64,000 nucleotides of DNA, taken from the NCBI GenBank assembly GCA_959023295.1, contig CAUFBM010000009.1, positions 7,405-71,404 of the forward strand, read 5' to 3'. The notes below the pieces were generated by a model. It ran no database searches. It saw only the letters and a program-made list of their open reading frames with translations, and was not told the origin of the DNA. Position 1 is the stretch's first letter; each line of letters opens with the position of its first letter. Shown here one piece after another: positions 49,614-59,296 of this stretch. The position numbers and the translations under genes are program-made. The DNA comes from an uncultured Collinsella sp. Its GTDB lineage: Bacteria; Actinomycetota; Coriobacteriia; Coriobacteriales; Coriobacteriaceae.

Positions 49614-50474
49614 ATGAAGCTGAAGAAGCTTGGCGCATTTGCCGCCACGGGTGCTATGGCGCTCGCCCTCGCTCTGACGGGCTGCGGCTCGTCCAACGCC
49701 ACCTCTGGTTCCGATGCCGGTTCCAACGGCTCTGACGACGTGAAGGTCGAGAAGGTCGACGGCTCCAAGGAGTACGCGCTCGTCAAGGACGGTACGCTGA
49801 CCGTCGGCACCTCTGCCGAATACGCTCCGTTTGAGTATAAGGACGGCAACGGCGACTATCAGGGCTTTGACCTTGAGCTCATCAAGGCTATCGCCGACAA
49901 GCTGGGCCTGGATGTCGAGTATGTCAACAATGACTTCGACACGCTGGTTCCGGGCGTTGCCTCGGGCGCCAAGTATGACGTCTCCATCGCGGCTATCACC
50001 AACACGCCCGAGCGCGAGAAGGAAGTCGCTTTCTCCGACTCCTACTACATGGACGATCAGGCTATCGTGACCAAGGTTGATAACACCGACATCACGGCCG
50101 ACAACTACAGCGAGAAGCTCAACAACGCCGACGCTACCATCATCGTCCAGTCTGGCTCAACCGCTGAGGCCTTTGCCCAGGAGAACTTCCCCAAGGCTAA
50201 GATCGTTCCCTACAAGGACGCTACTGAGTGCTTCAGCGCCCTGCAGTCCGATAAGGGCGACGCCGTAGTCACCAACCGCTCCGTCGCCAGCCAGCTGACC
50301 GCCGAGCAGTTCAACACTTGCCAGACCATCAAGCAGGTCAGCACCGGCGAAGAGTACGCCATCGCCATCAACCAGGGCAACACCAAGCTCAAGGACGACA
50401 TCAACCAGGCCATCAAGGACCTGACCGATGACGGTACCGTCGACGCCCTCATGGCTAAGTACAGCATCAAGTAA
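49614..50474 (+). CDS. polar amino-acid ABC transporter substrate-binding lipoprotein
   Basis: LTGC lipobox, YAPFEY, GFDLEL and PEREK..FSDSY motifs. Confidence 0.92.
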   Translation: MKLKKLGAFAATGAMALALALTGCGSSNATSGSDAGSNGSDDVKVEKVDGSKEYALVKDGTLTVGTSAEYAPFEYKDGNGDYQGFDLELIKAIADKLGLDVEYVNNDFDTLVPGVASGAKYDVSIAAITNTPEREKEVAFSDSYYMDDQAIVTKVDNTDITADNYSEKLNNADATIIVQSGSTAEAFAQENFPKAKIVPYKDATECFSALQSDKGDAVVTNRSVASQLTAEQFNTCQTIKQVSTGEEYAIAINQGNTKLKDDINQAIKDLTDDGTVDALMAKYSIK

Positions 50475-50590
50475 ATTAATGCTTGATTGCGCGCGGGCCC
50501 TTTCCGTTTTGCGGAGAGGGCCTTTGCGCTTCTCTTGACGGAGAGCGTTTCCGTCTCGTTTTGCCGGCAACTTCTACGATAGGAGCCACC

Positions 50591-51952
50591 TTGTCTCGAC
50601 TGAACAAAGGGGCCGCGGAGCAGCGTTTTCCACTGCCCGCCTTGCTCCAAAAGCTAGTCTGCGTCATGGCCGTGGCGCTCGCGCTGGTGTGCGCGGGGGC
50701 ATATGCGCCCACGACCGCCCAGGCGCTTGAGACCGCAAAGATTACCGCCCGACCCAACACCGGTTCGGGCAGCGATGTGGTCGGCGGCACCGAGACGCGC
50801 ATTACCTGGGAAGTTCAGGCCGATGCCGACGAGGAGCTGAGCGGTCTTTCTTTGACGTTTGTCGACGGCACGACATTTGGTACCGATGACACGCGATTGA
50901 CGATGCTCTCGGGCGAGGACCTCATGGATCGTACGCCCATGAAACCCACGTGCACGGCTGATGGTCAGACGCTCAAGATCGACTTTGGCGAGACGACGCC
51001 TGCCGGCGGCTTTTTCCGTGTCGAGGTTTACGGCGTGACGTTTCCCGTTGAGGGCGGCGATGAGGCCTTTAGCGGCACCTATACGCTCGCCGACGGTTCG
51101 ACCAAGAAGATTTCAAAAATTCCTTCCGTCGAGATCAAGGGCGTGACGGCCTTCGATAACTTCCTGGCCGATCTTAAGGAGCAGCCGTGGATCGAGGCCT
51201 GGAACTCCAATATGTTCCTGCGCCTGTTCTTGAACCCGGTCATTTTGGTCCAGAGCCTGCCGATCGTCTTTAAGGGCTTCCTTATGTCGCTTTCGATCGT
51301 GCTTGTGGCGTTTCCGCTGGCAATTCCCTTCGGTTTTGCCCTGTCGCTCATGCGCATCTCCAAGTCGCGCATCCTGCGTTGCCTCGCCGGCATCTACGTG
51401 AATATCATTCGCGGTACGCCGGCGTTCCTGCAGATCTATATCGCGTTCTTCGGTCTGCCGTTGGCCGGCGTCAAGGTGGACGACTATGTCTTGGGCGTTA
51501 TCGTCATGGCCATGAACTCGTCTGCGTACCTGTGCGAGATCTTCCGTGCCGGTATTCAATCGATCCCCAAGGGCCAAAACGAGGCTGCGCGCTCTCTGGG
51601 CATGAATGCCTTCCAGACGCTGCTCTACGTTATGATTCCGCAGACATTCCGCAATGTTTTGCCTACGCTGACCAGCGAGTTTATCTTGCTTTACAAGGAT
51701 ACGTCGCTGCTTGCCGCCGTGGGTGTGGTCGAGATCGTCATGAACGCCCGTACCATCGTGGCCACGACGGGCTCCATCACGCCGTATGTGGTTGCCGCCC
51801 TGTTCTATCTGGTCATCACCCTGCCGCTCGCTCGCTTGGTGAGCGGTCTTGAGGCGAGGCTTTTGGGCACGACCGAGACCAAGAAGAAGCGTCCCGCCAA
51901 GAGCGCCGGACAGGTTGTCGCGACGCCTGCCGATCACATCGCCGGTTTGTAA
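50591..51952 (+). CDS. amino-acid ABC permease with N-terminal extracellular domain (TTG start inferred)
   Basis: AGGAG RBS at 50581; IRGTP, SSAYLCEIFRAG, GQNEAARSLG and KDTSL motifs. Confidence 0.88.
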   Translation: MSRLNKGAAEQRFPLPALLQKLVCVMAVALALVCAGAYAPTTAQALETAKITARPNTGSGSDVVGGTETRITWEVQADADEELSGLSLTFVDGTTFGTDDTRLTMLSGEDLMDRTPMKPTCTADGQTLKIDFGETTPAGGFFRVEVYGVTFPVEGGDEAFSGTYTLADGSTKKISKIPSVEIKGVTAFDNFLADLKEQPWIEAWNSNMFLRLFLNPVILVQSLPIVFKGFLMSLSIVLVAFPLAIPFGFALSLMRISKSRILRCLAGIYVNIIRGTPAFLQIYIAFFGLPLAGVKVDDYVLGVIVMAMNSSAYLCEIFRAGIQSIPKGQNEAARSLGMNAFQTLLYVMIPQTFRNVLPTLTSEFILLYKDTSLLAAVGVVEIVMNARTIVATTGSITPYVVAALFYLVITLPLARLVSGLEARLLGTTETKKKRPAKSAGQVVATPADHIAGL

Positions 51953-51964
51953 GGAGGTCCTATC

Positions 51965-52717
51965 ATGAGCGAAACCAATAACTCGAACGAGGTCGTCGTC
52001 AGTATCAAGAACCTCCAGAAGGCCTTTGGCGATAACGTGGTCCTGCGCGATATCGATCTAGATGTGCACAAGGGTGAGGTCGTTGTGGTCCTGGGCCCTT
52101 CGGGCTCGGGCAAGTCGACGATGCTTCGCTGCATCAATCGTCTGGAGCATCCCACGAGCGGCTCGATCATCGTTGAGGGCGTGGACGTGTGCGCCAAGGG
52201 TGTCGACCTCAACAAAGTGCGCACGCACCTGGGCATGGTGTTTCAGCAGTTCAACCTGTTCCCGCACCTGTCGGTCAAAAAGAACGTCATGCTTGCGCAG
52301 CAAAAGGTGCTCAAGCGCAGCAAGGAAGAGGCCGAGAAGATTGCCATCGAGGAGCTGACCAAGGTCGGCCTGGCCGAGCGCATCGACTTTATGCCGAGCC
52401 AGCTCTCGGGCGGTCAGCAGCAGCGCGTGGCGATCGCCCGCGCCCTGTCGATGAATCCACACGTGATGCTCTTTGACGAGGCTACGTCAGCGCTTGACCC
52501 CGAGCTTGTCCGCGACGTTCTTGGCGTCATGCGCGATCTTGCACGTGACGGTATGACCATGATCGTGGTGACGCACGAGATGGGCTTTGCCCGCGATGTC
52601 GCCGACCGCGTGGTCTTTATGGACGGCGGCGTTATCGTGGAAGAGGGCACGCCGAGCGAGGTCTTCGACCATCCCAAGAGCGAACGCACCAAGGCGTTCT
52701 TGGGCAATATCTCGTAG
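51965..52717 (+). CDS. polar amino-acid ABC ATP-binding protein (GlnQ-like)
   Basis: [23 protein letters not shown] and VTHEMGFA motifs. Confidence 0.95.
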   Translation: MSETNNSNEVVVSIKNLQKAFGDNVVLRDIDLDVHKGEVVVVLGPSGSGKSTMLRCINRLEHPTSGSIIVEGVDVCAKGVDLNKVRTHLGMVFQQFNLFPHLSVKKNVMLAQQKVLKRSKEEAEKIAIEELTKVGLAERIDFMPSQLSGGQQQRVAIARALSMNPHVMLFDEATSALDPELVRDVLGVMRDLARDGMTMIVVTHEMGFARDVADRVVFMDGGVIVEEGTPSEVFDHPKSERTKAFLGNIS

Positions 52718-52739
52718 CCGGTTGATGTAACTGCCGTTA

Positions 52740-52781
52740 CAAAAGAGCGGGGCTGGACTTGAATCCAGCCCCGCTCTTTTG
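52740..52781. terminator. bidirectional terminator
   Basis: CAAAAGAGCGGGGCTGGA/TCCAGCCCCGCTCTTTTG between convergent genes. Confidence 0.88.
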
Positions 52782-52832
52782 TAGGGATGGGGATGCGCTT
52801 TGACGCAGGCTCTCTTGGAGACCCTGGGCTCG

Positions 52833-53252
52833 TTACGCGAGCTCGGCTCCGAGGGCCTTGCAAGCGGTCTCGCCCTCGTCGTCGGGCGCGTCGTAGCAGA
52901 TGGTGGAGTCCACGACGTTGACGCCGGCCTCGTCGGCGTCGGCCTTCCAGTTATCCATCCACTCGCCCTCGGCCCACGAATAGGAGCCAAAGAGGACGAC
53001 CTTCTTGTCGCCGAGGACTTCCTTGACCTCATCCCACATCGGCTGGAACTCGTCGTACTCGAGCTCCTCGGACCCCATGGCGGGGCAGCCGAAGGCGAAG
53101 GCGTCATAGCCGGTGGCCTTGTCGGCGGAGAAGTCGGCGCAGGAGATGACATCTGTCTCGGCGCCGACTGACGTCGCGCCCTCGGCAACGAGGTTTGCCA
53201 TGGCCTCGGTGTTGCCCGTGCCGCTCCAGTAGACGACCGCGATCTTGCTCAT
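52833..53252 (-). CDS. short-chain flavodoxin
   Basis: YWSGTGNTE, GCPAMG and FGSYSW motifs; GAAAGGA RBS. Confidence 0.95.
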   Translation of the reverse strand: MSKIAVVYWSGTGNTEAMANLVAEGATSVGAETDVISCADFSADKATGYDAFAFGCPAMGSEELEYDEFQPMWDEVKEVLGDKKVVLFGSYSWAEGEWMDNWKADADEAGVNVVDSTICYDAPDDEGETACKALGAELA

Positions 53253-53298
53253 GTGTTGTCCTTTCGGTTGTGCGGCGTGCGGCCGCGGTTTGTATGTT

Positions 53299-54003
53299 CT
53301 ATCGGGTTGCCTGGGCAAGTTTTGCCAGGCTATGGCCCTGCTGATAGACATGGGTGAGGTGTTGCGTGCAAGCGCGGTAGGATTCGAACGTCGCAAGCGC
53401 TTGCCCGACATTCGTGTAGACCTTCCAAGGTCCAAAGACCTTGTAGTTCTCGCCATGCTGGACGATAAATTGACGCACATCTTCGTAGGGATATCCCAAA
53501 AAATAGCCAATTTCGTGAGGAAACTCGCAGGTGCAGCCGTCGCCGCAAGGTTCGCTCTGCGCAAGAACGCATGGTCCGTCGGCGCAGGCGCTTTCCGTGG
53601 CATTGCTGCTTGCCAGCGTGATGCGCGCGGCGAGATGCACCAGGGATGCGGGCAGGTTGTGGACATCGTAACCTTCGGCGGCAAGCGCCGTCGTGGCGCG
53701 GGGGTCGGAGAGGTATCGCATGAGGTCCGCAGGGCGGTACACATAGATGAGCGCTCCGCAGGGGCGCCAGACCAAGACGCTCGTGTGGATGCCGAACGGT
53801 TGGAGTTCTCGGTTGCATTGAGCTATGACGGCAAGGAGATGTGTACGACGCACTTCGATATGGGGGTTGCCGGGCTTGCCGTTTTGACTTGCGTAGACGC
53901 CGGGATAGGTAAAGAGCGATGCCGGCTTGATGCCCGCGAGCGTGGGAGAGCAGTTGCGCACGACCGCTGCCTGAAACGTTGGGATATCTATGGTTCGAGT
54001 CAC
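53299..54003 (-). CDS. DUF3793-family protein
   Basis: CSPTLAGIKPASL, FPHEIGYFLGYPYEDV and WKVY motifs; adjacent to flavodoxin. Confidence 0.85.
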   Translation of the reverse strand: MTRTIDIPTFQAAVVRNCSPTLAGIKPASLFTYPGVYASQNGKPGNPHIEVRRTHLLAVIAQCNRELQPFGIHTSVLVWRPCGALIYVYRPADLMRYLSDPRATTALAAEGYDVHNLPASLVHLAARITLASSNATESACADGPCVLAQSEPCGDGCTCEFPHEIGYFLGYPYEDVRQFIVQHGENYKVFGPWKVYTNVGQALATFESYRACTQHLTHVYQQGHSLAKLAQATR

Positions 54004-54026
54004 GGCGCTCCTTACGGATCTAAACT

Positions 54027-54070
54027 GTTAGCCTAGGAAAACTTATACACGAAAGTAAGCCATGGTCAAC
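54027..54070. promoter_or_regulatory. two related dyads, possible DtxR-type metal-regulator sites
   Basis: GTTAGCCTAGGAAAAC (54027-42) and GTAAGCCATGGTCAAC (54055-70). Confidence 0.45.
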
Positions 54071-54131
54071 AAAAAAGTTTGAAGAGGGAAACTAATTGAC
54101 CGAACAGACATGATTTTGGGTTAAGATGGGG

Positions 54132-54148
54132 ACACCCCATGGGGGTAT
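54132..54148 (+). promoter_or_regulatory. CsoR-type operator
   Basis: ACACCCCATGGGGGTAT C/G-tract dyad about 30 bp upstream of an HMA protein. Confidence 0.65.
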
Positions 54149-54177
54149 CTAGATAGTGCTACTTGAAAGGGGAGCGC

Positions 54178-54561
54178 ATGAGTGACTTGCTCAACCCTGC
54201 GAATCTCATCGTGCTGGCCGTCATTGCCGTCGGCATGTTTTTTGGACTGCGTCGCATTGCCGCTTCGACACACGGGAAGAGTTGCTGCAGCGATGGTACG
54301 AGCGGCAAGAAGGCCAAAAAGGTTGTTGTGGTGGATACCGATGCGTCACACTATCCCTATAGCGATGAGCTGCTCATCGGCGGCATGAGCTGTGACGGCT
54401 GCGCTCAGAACGTAGCCAATGCCCTCAATGCGCTGGATGGCGTGTGGGCAACGGTGACGTATGCGGACCACACGGCACGCGTGCGCTCTAAGCAGCCGGT
54501 TGATCGTGGTGTCCTCGAGACGGCCGTGAAAGACGCGGGCTACTACGTCATGACGCTGTAA
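54178..54561 (+). CDS. membrane-anchored heavy-metal-associated (CopZ-like) protein
   Basis: N-terminal TM helix, SCC motif, GMSCDGC HMA motif. Confidence 0.85.
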   Translation: MSDLLNPANLIVLAVIAVGMFFGLRRIAASTHGKSCCSDGTSGKKAKKVVVVDTDASHYPYSDELLIGGMSCDGCAQNVANALNALDGVWATVTYADHTARVRSKQPVDRGVLETAVKDAGYYVMTL

Positions 54562-54587
54562 GCGCCGCCCTGGATGCGCTTCCTTGG

Positions 54588-55013
54588 CTAGGCTCGTCCG
54601 CGCAGTTCGATGTCTTGGATGTCGTCGAAGTTGATGGCGATGTCTCGGAGCTTGAGGAGCTTGAAGGCGGGGAGCGCCTCGTCGAGGATGCCGGTGCGGC
54701 TGCGATAGCCGTATGTATCGTAATAGTTGACACGAACCAAGTCGCCACGTTTGAGACCCTCGAGCTTTTTAGAAAGTACGAGGGCTTTTTCTTCCGTGAG
54801 CTCACGTTTTGACTCGACGGTGATTTCCTGCTTGCGCACGAGTTCGTAGTATCCCGTGAGGGCGGCAAAGGGCATAAACTGCGCGGCGCGGTTGGCGCGC
54901 ACGGCACCGTTGGCAGTGAGCTTGGGGTCGGCGGCGCGGCGCCTGCCCTCGGGGTCCGCCAGGCGCTCGAAGGCGGTCGGCGGGCGCACGGGCTGTTGTT
55001 TGGGTTTAGGCAC
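54588..55013 (-). CDS. YolD-like protein (partner of the Y-family polymerase)
   Basis: RAAQFMPFAALTGY motif; GTG start after GGAGG, overlapping the polymerase stop. Confidence 0.8.
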   Translation of the reverse strand: MPKPKQQPVRPPTAFERLADPEGRRRAADPKLTANGAVRANRAAQFMPFAALTGYYELVRKQEITVESKRELTEEKALVLSKKLEGLKRGDLVRVNYYDTYGYRSRTGILDEALPAFKLLKLRDIAINFDDIQDIELRGRA

Positions 55014-56511
55014 GGTGTCCTCCAACTTGGTCGTTGCGTTCGCGCGCGGTGGCGCCGGCGGTAAAGCTTAATCCCTTGACGAGCGCGTTCTTGCCGTACT
55101 TGCCTTTCACGGCCAAGACGGCGCGCGCCAGGTCGCGCTCGCGCTCATCGGCCTCGATATCGCTGAACAGATCGATGGTGGTAAATTCCTCGGGCATGAG
55201 GTTGCCAAATCCAAGGTTGATGCGCTTGACCGGTCGTTTGGGATCGACGGTCTGCGCCCAGAGCTCATCGAAATAGCCCATGATTTTCTTAAACGAATTA
55301 GTGCGCTCGGGCAGCTTTCGCGAGGCGTTGGAGTGCGCAAAGAGTGCGGCATAGCCACCACGCGGTTTGCCGCCATGCTCTCCCACAAAGATGCCATCGA
55401 TTGCCTGCGCTTCGCGCACCAGGCGACGCCTTTCGTCATCGCGCTGGACGGGCTTGGGAGCACGGGGCGCGAGCTCGGAGCCGTCGGTCGCTGCGGGTTC
55501 GATGCCCGAGGTACTCGAGCGCAGGTGTCCGCAGCCGTCTATATACTGCGCCGTGCCGCTGGCGTTGAGCCGGCGTATGTCGGCGCGCTCGCTTGCATAG
55601 CCCACAAAGAGCGAGATGCTGTCGCACACCACGTGCTTGTCGATCAAATCCAGCACGGCGGCATCGACCATTTCGCGCAAGACGGTGTAGGCCTGCTCGT
55701 AGGCATAGCCCTTCGAGAGCACCTGCCCCGTGGTGGTCGAGGTCGCTTGCGGGCGATAGGCTTGGATATCGGCGATGGTCGTTGGCTCGCGCCCAAAGGC
55801 GTGGTCGATAAGATATTCGGCATTGACGCCGAGCTCATCGTAAAGCAGGTTTTCGTCGAGCGCGGCGACGCCCATCAGATCGTAGACGCCGTACTTTTCG
55901 AGGCGGGCTGCCACGCCGGGGCCGATGCCCCAGATATCGGTAATGGGACGATGAGGCCAGATCTCCTTGCGAAAGGTCTCGTCGTCGAGTATGCCGATGC
56001 GGCTGGGTACGTGCTTGGCGGTAATGTCGAGCGCTACCTTGGCCTGGAATAGGTTGGGGCCGATGCCGACCGTCGCCGTGATGCCGGTGCGCGCGAGGAC
56101 CTCGTCGCGCAGCGTGCAGGCGAACCCTTCCGCATCTGTGTGATAGAGGTCCAGATAGGGCGTCACGTCGATAAAGCACTCATCGATGGAGTAGACGTGC
56201 ACGTCCTGGGGGCTGACGTATTCCAGATAGATACCGTAGATTTTCGCCGACACCTCCATGTAATGCTGCATGCGCGGTACGGCCGTGATGTAGTCGATGC
56301 CATCGGGAATTTCGAACAGACGGCAGCGATTGCGTATCCCGAGGTCCTTCATGGCCTGTGTGATGGCGAGGCAGATGGTCGTGCGCCCGCGCGATTCGTC
56401 GGCGACGACCAGGTTGGTGGTGAGCGGATCGAGCCCACGGTCGACGCACTCGACGCTGGCATAAAACGTCTTGAGGTCGATGCAGATATAGATGTGCTGC
56501 TCGTGCGCCAT
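55006..56511 (-). CDS. Y-family translesion DNA polymerase (UmuC/ImpB/MucB/SamB-like)
   Basis: IDLKTFYASVE, YSIDECF, DIWGIG, KYGKNA and RERN.QVGGH motifs. Confidence 0.93.
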   Translation of the reverse strand: MAHEQHIYICIDLKTFYASVECVDRGLDPLTTNLVVADESRGRTTICLAITQAMKDLGIRNRCRLFEIPDGIDYITAVPRMQHYMEVSAKIYGIYLEYVSPQDVHVYSIDECFIDVTPYLDLYHTDAEGFACTLRDEVLARTGITATVGIGPNLFQAKVALDITAKHVPSRIGILDDETFRKEIWPHRPITDIWGIGPGVAARLEKYGVYDLMGVAALDENLLYDELGVNAEYLIDHAFGREPTTIADIQAYRPQATSTTTGQVLSKGYAYEQAYTVLREMVDAAVLDLIDKHVVCDSISLFVGYASERADIRRLNASGTAQYIDGCGHLRSSTSGIEPAATDGSELAPRAPKPVQRDDERRRLVREAQAIDGIFVGEHGGKPRGGYAALFAHSNASRKLPERTNSFKKIMGYFDELWAQTVDPKRPVKRINLGFGNLMPEEFTTIDLFSDIEADERERDLARAVLAVKGKYGKNALVKGLSFTAGATARERNDQVGGHRA

Positions 56512-56525
56512 CCGTGTCCTTCCAT

Positions 56526-56557
56526 CAAACACATGTTCTTATCGAATACATGTTCGA
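56526..56557 (-). promoter_or_regulatory. tandem LexA (SOS) boxes
   Basis: CAAACACATGTTCT (56526-39) and TCGAATACATGTTCGA (56542-57) versus TCGAAC-N4-GTTCGA. Confidence 0.8.
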
Positions 56558-56736
56558 TAATACCTGCTTGCACGGACATCGTCAAAACCTGTCCCTCTTT
56601 GGCGGGTATGGTCGTGCGGTTGCATCGGGTTTTTTAACGCAGCTCTAAAGAGCGCGAAACAGCTCGGAAAACCTCGCTTCGTAGCATGAGTCTAACGATT
56701 GATACCGCCTATACGCACGGAAGGGTTGTGGGGATA

Positions 56737-57261
56737 ATGGTCAACTATGGGTTTGGTATGCCGACGCGCTTGGTTGCGGATGGGGATGTGGCTCGCTGGT
56801 GCGGGCGATTGGTTGCCCACTATGGCGGCACCAAGGCACTGGTCGTGCTGGGAGGCGACAAGCGCACGCGTGATGAGCTCGTTTCGGCGGCGCTGGGCTC
56901 GCTCGATCGCGCCCTGCTCGAGCGCGTGCTTTTCCGCTGCGGTTTGGTCGGGGGCGACGGGGGAGACGAGCTGATCGACGAAGCCGTGGCCCTGGCGACC
57001 GACGAAGGCGTGGACTTTGTCCTGGCGATCGGCGATGCCGATACGGCCGGCTTTGCGCGCGAGCTCGCCCGTCGTATGGCGGCGCTCGATGCCGGTGAGG
57101 ACGGCTTTGTGCCTTATGGATGCATCGTCTCCGAGGGAAAAGTGCCCGCCGTTGTGGGTGCCGGCGAGGTTCCCGTTTTCGCCATTATCGCGCCCGAACT
57201 GCTGGAGGGCATTGGGTCTCCTCTGCGTGAGTTGCTCGGCAGCGTGTGCGTCGCGGCCTAA
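56737..57261 (+). CDS. truncated or degenerate iron-containing alcohol dehydrogenase-like N-terminal domain
   Basis: NYGFGMPTRLV, KALVVLGG and VDFVLAIG resemble the Fe-ADH N-domain; GGGS is replaced by GDAD and the metal-binding C-domain is absent. Confidence 0.5.
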   Translation: MVNYGFGMPTRLVADGDVARWCGRLVAHYGGTKALVVLGGDKRTRDELVSAALGSLDRALLERVLFRCGLVGGDGGDELIDEAVALATDEGVDFVLAIGDADTAGFARELARRMAALDAGEDGFVPYGCIVSEGKVPAVVGAGEVPVFAIIAPELLEGIGSPLRELLGSVCVAA

Positions 57262-57460
57262 TATTTACCATAAAGGGATAGGTTCTATTTGATTGGTAAA
57301 GCGTTTGACCTGCCAAAATAAGCCTGTCCCTTTTTGATCGGTTGCCGTTTGGGGGCCGATTGGCAACGCTCGCTGATTGTAGTCTTGACCTGCGCTAGAA
57401 TAGTGGCATCTGAATGTCCGGGCGCATGGAGGCGTGCGCCCGTATGCTGAGGAGGACTCT

Positions 57461-59155
57461 ATGGCAACTGTTGCCGCACCTATCGATGCTACGTCGACTG
57501 CCGCTTGGAAGGCACTCGAGGCTCATCAGGAGAAGCTCGAGGCCGATGGTATCGACCTCAAGGCCTGGTTCGCTGCCGATGCCGAGCGCGTGAACAAGCT
57601 GAGCTTTGACGCCGGTGACCTGCACTTCGATCTGTCGAAGAACCTGGTGACCGATGAGACCGTCAAGCTGCTGTGCGATCTTGCCCGCGAGGTGAAGCTC
57701 GAGGAGCGCCGCGACGCCATGTTCTCCGGCGAGCACATTAACACCACCGAGGACCGCGCCGTCCTGCACACCGCGCTTCGCCGCCCCGCAACCGAGAGGG
57801 GCCAGCTCATCGTCGACGGCCAGGATGTCGTCGCCGACGTGCACGAGGTCCTCGACCGCATGTATGCCTTCGCCGAGCGCGTGCGCTCCGGTGAGTGGAA
57901 GGGCGTTACCGGCAAGAAGATCGAGCACCTGGTGTCCATCGGCATCGGTGGCTCCGATCTGGGCCCGGTCATGGCCTACGAGGCTCTGCGTCCCTATGCC
58001 GACGCCGGTATCGACTGCCGCTATATCTCCAACATCGACCCCAACGACCAGGCCGAGAAGCTTAAGGGCCTGGATCCCGAGACCACGCTCGTGATCATCG
58101 TCTCCAAGACCTTCACCACGCTCGAGACCCTCACCAACGCCCGCGAGGTCAAGACCTGGATGCTCGAGCAGCTCAAGGCCCAGGGCGCCATCGACGGCTC
58201 CGATGAGCAGAACGCCGAGGCCGTGGCAAAGCACTTCGTCGCCGTTTCCACCGCACTCGAGAAGGTTGAGGCCTTCGGTATCGACCCCGCCAACGCCTTC
58301 GGCTTCTGGAACTGGGTCGGCGGCCGCTACTCCGTCGACTCCGCCGTGGGCCTGTCGCTGATCGTCGTGCTCGGTCCCGAGCGCTTCCAGCAGTTCCTCG
58401 AGGGCTTCCACGCTATCGACGAGTACTTCTGCAACACGCCGCTCGAGAACAATGCCGTTGCGCTGATGGGCCTGCTCAACGTCTGGTACGTCAACTTCTT
58501 CGGTTCCAAGAGCCACGCCGTGCTGCCGTACTGCCAGTACCTGCATCGTTTCCCGGCCTACCTGCAGCAGCTCACCATGGAGTCCAACGGCAAGCATGTC
58601 CGCTGGGACGGCAGCGCCGTGACCTCCGACACCGGTGAGATCTTCTGGGGCGAGCCCGGCACCAACGGTCAGCACGCCTTCTACCAGCTGCTGCACCAGG
58701 GCACCGTGGTGGTCCCGGCCGATTTCATTGCCTTCGCCAATACCGCCAACCCTGCGACCGACAGCGGCCAGGACGTGCACGAGCTGTTCCTGGGCAACTT
58801 CCTGGCCCAGACCAAGGCGCTCGCCTTTGGTAAGACGGCCGATGAGGTGCGCGCCGAGGGCACGCCCGAGCAGATCGTCCCGGCCCGCTGCTTTGAGGGC
58901 AACCGTCCGACGACCTCGATCTTTGGCGACACGTTGACCCCGTTCGCACTCGGCGAGCTCATCGCCCTGTACGAGCACATCACGTTTGTCGAGGGCACGG
59001 TCTGGGGCATCGACTCCTACGACCAGTGGGGCGTCGAGCTGGGCAAGCAGCTTGCCAAGCAGATCACCCCTGCCTTCCACGACGATGCCGCCAAGGCCGA
59101 GCAGGACGCTTCGACCCAGGCGCTCATCGAGTTCTACCGCGCTCACCGCAAGTAG
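57461..59155 (+). CDS. pgi: glucose-6-phosphate isomerase
   Basis: [31 protein letters not shown] and DQWGVELGK motifs. Confidence 0.98.
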   Translation: MATVAAPIDATSTAAWKALEAHQEKLEADGIDLKAWFAADAERVNKLSFDAGDLHFDLSKNLVTDETVKLLCDLAREVKLEERRDAMFSGEHINTTEDRAVLHTALRRPATERGQLIVDGQDVVADVHEVLDRMYAFAERVRSGEWKGVTGKKIEHLVSIGIGGSDLGPVMAYEALRPYADAGIDCRYISNIDPNDQAEKLKGLDPETTLVIIVSKTFTTLETLTNAREVKTWMLEQLKAQGAIDGSDEQNAEAVAKHFVAVSTALEKVEAFGIDPANAFGFWNWVGGRYSVDSAVGLSLIVVLGPERFQQFLEGFHAIDEYFCNTPLENNAVALMGLLNVWYVNFFGSKSHAVLPYCQYLHRFPAYLQQLTMESNGKHVRWDGSAVTSDTGEIFWGEPGTNGQHAFYQLLHQGTVVVPADFIAFANTANPATDSGQDVHELFLGNFLAQTKALAFGKTADEVRAEGTPEQIVPARCFEGNRPTTSIFGDTLTPFALGELIALYEHITFVEGTVWGIDSYDQWGVELGKQLAKQITPAFHDDAAKAEQDASTQALIEFYRAHRK

Positions 59156-59187
59156 TCGCTGCTGTTAACGCATCGCGCCTTATAGTC

Positions 59188-59222
59188 AGGGGCCCGTATC
59201 CCATCGGATGCGGGCCCCTTTG
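59188..59222 (+). terminator. terminator after pgi
   Basis: AGGGGCCCGTATCC/GGATGCGGGCCCCT stem followed by Ts. Confidence 0.8.
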
Positions 59223-59296
59223 CTTTGCCGTGGCCCCGGGGCGCACGGCCTTTAAGGATCTTCGCCGGAGCGTCGCGTGCTGCGAGGGCCCTGCGT

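Noticed and set aside
52833..53744. 303-aa and 498-aa ORF-track calls suggesting N-terminally extended flavodoxin and VirD4-like proteins
   Set aside because: The extensions overlap upstream genes in other frames; RBS-supported starts are 53252 and 60601.
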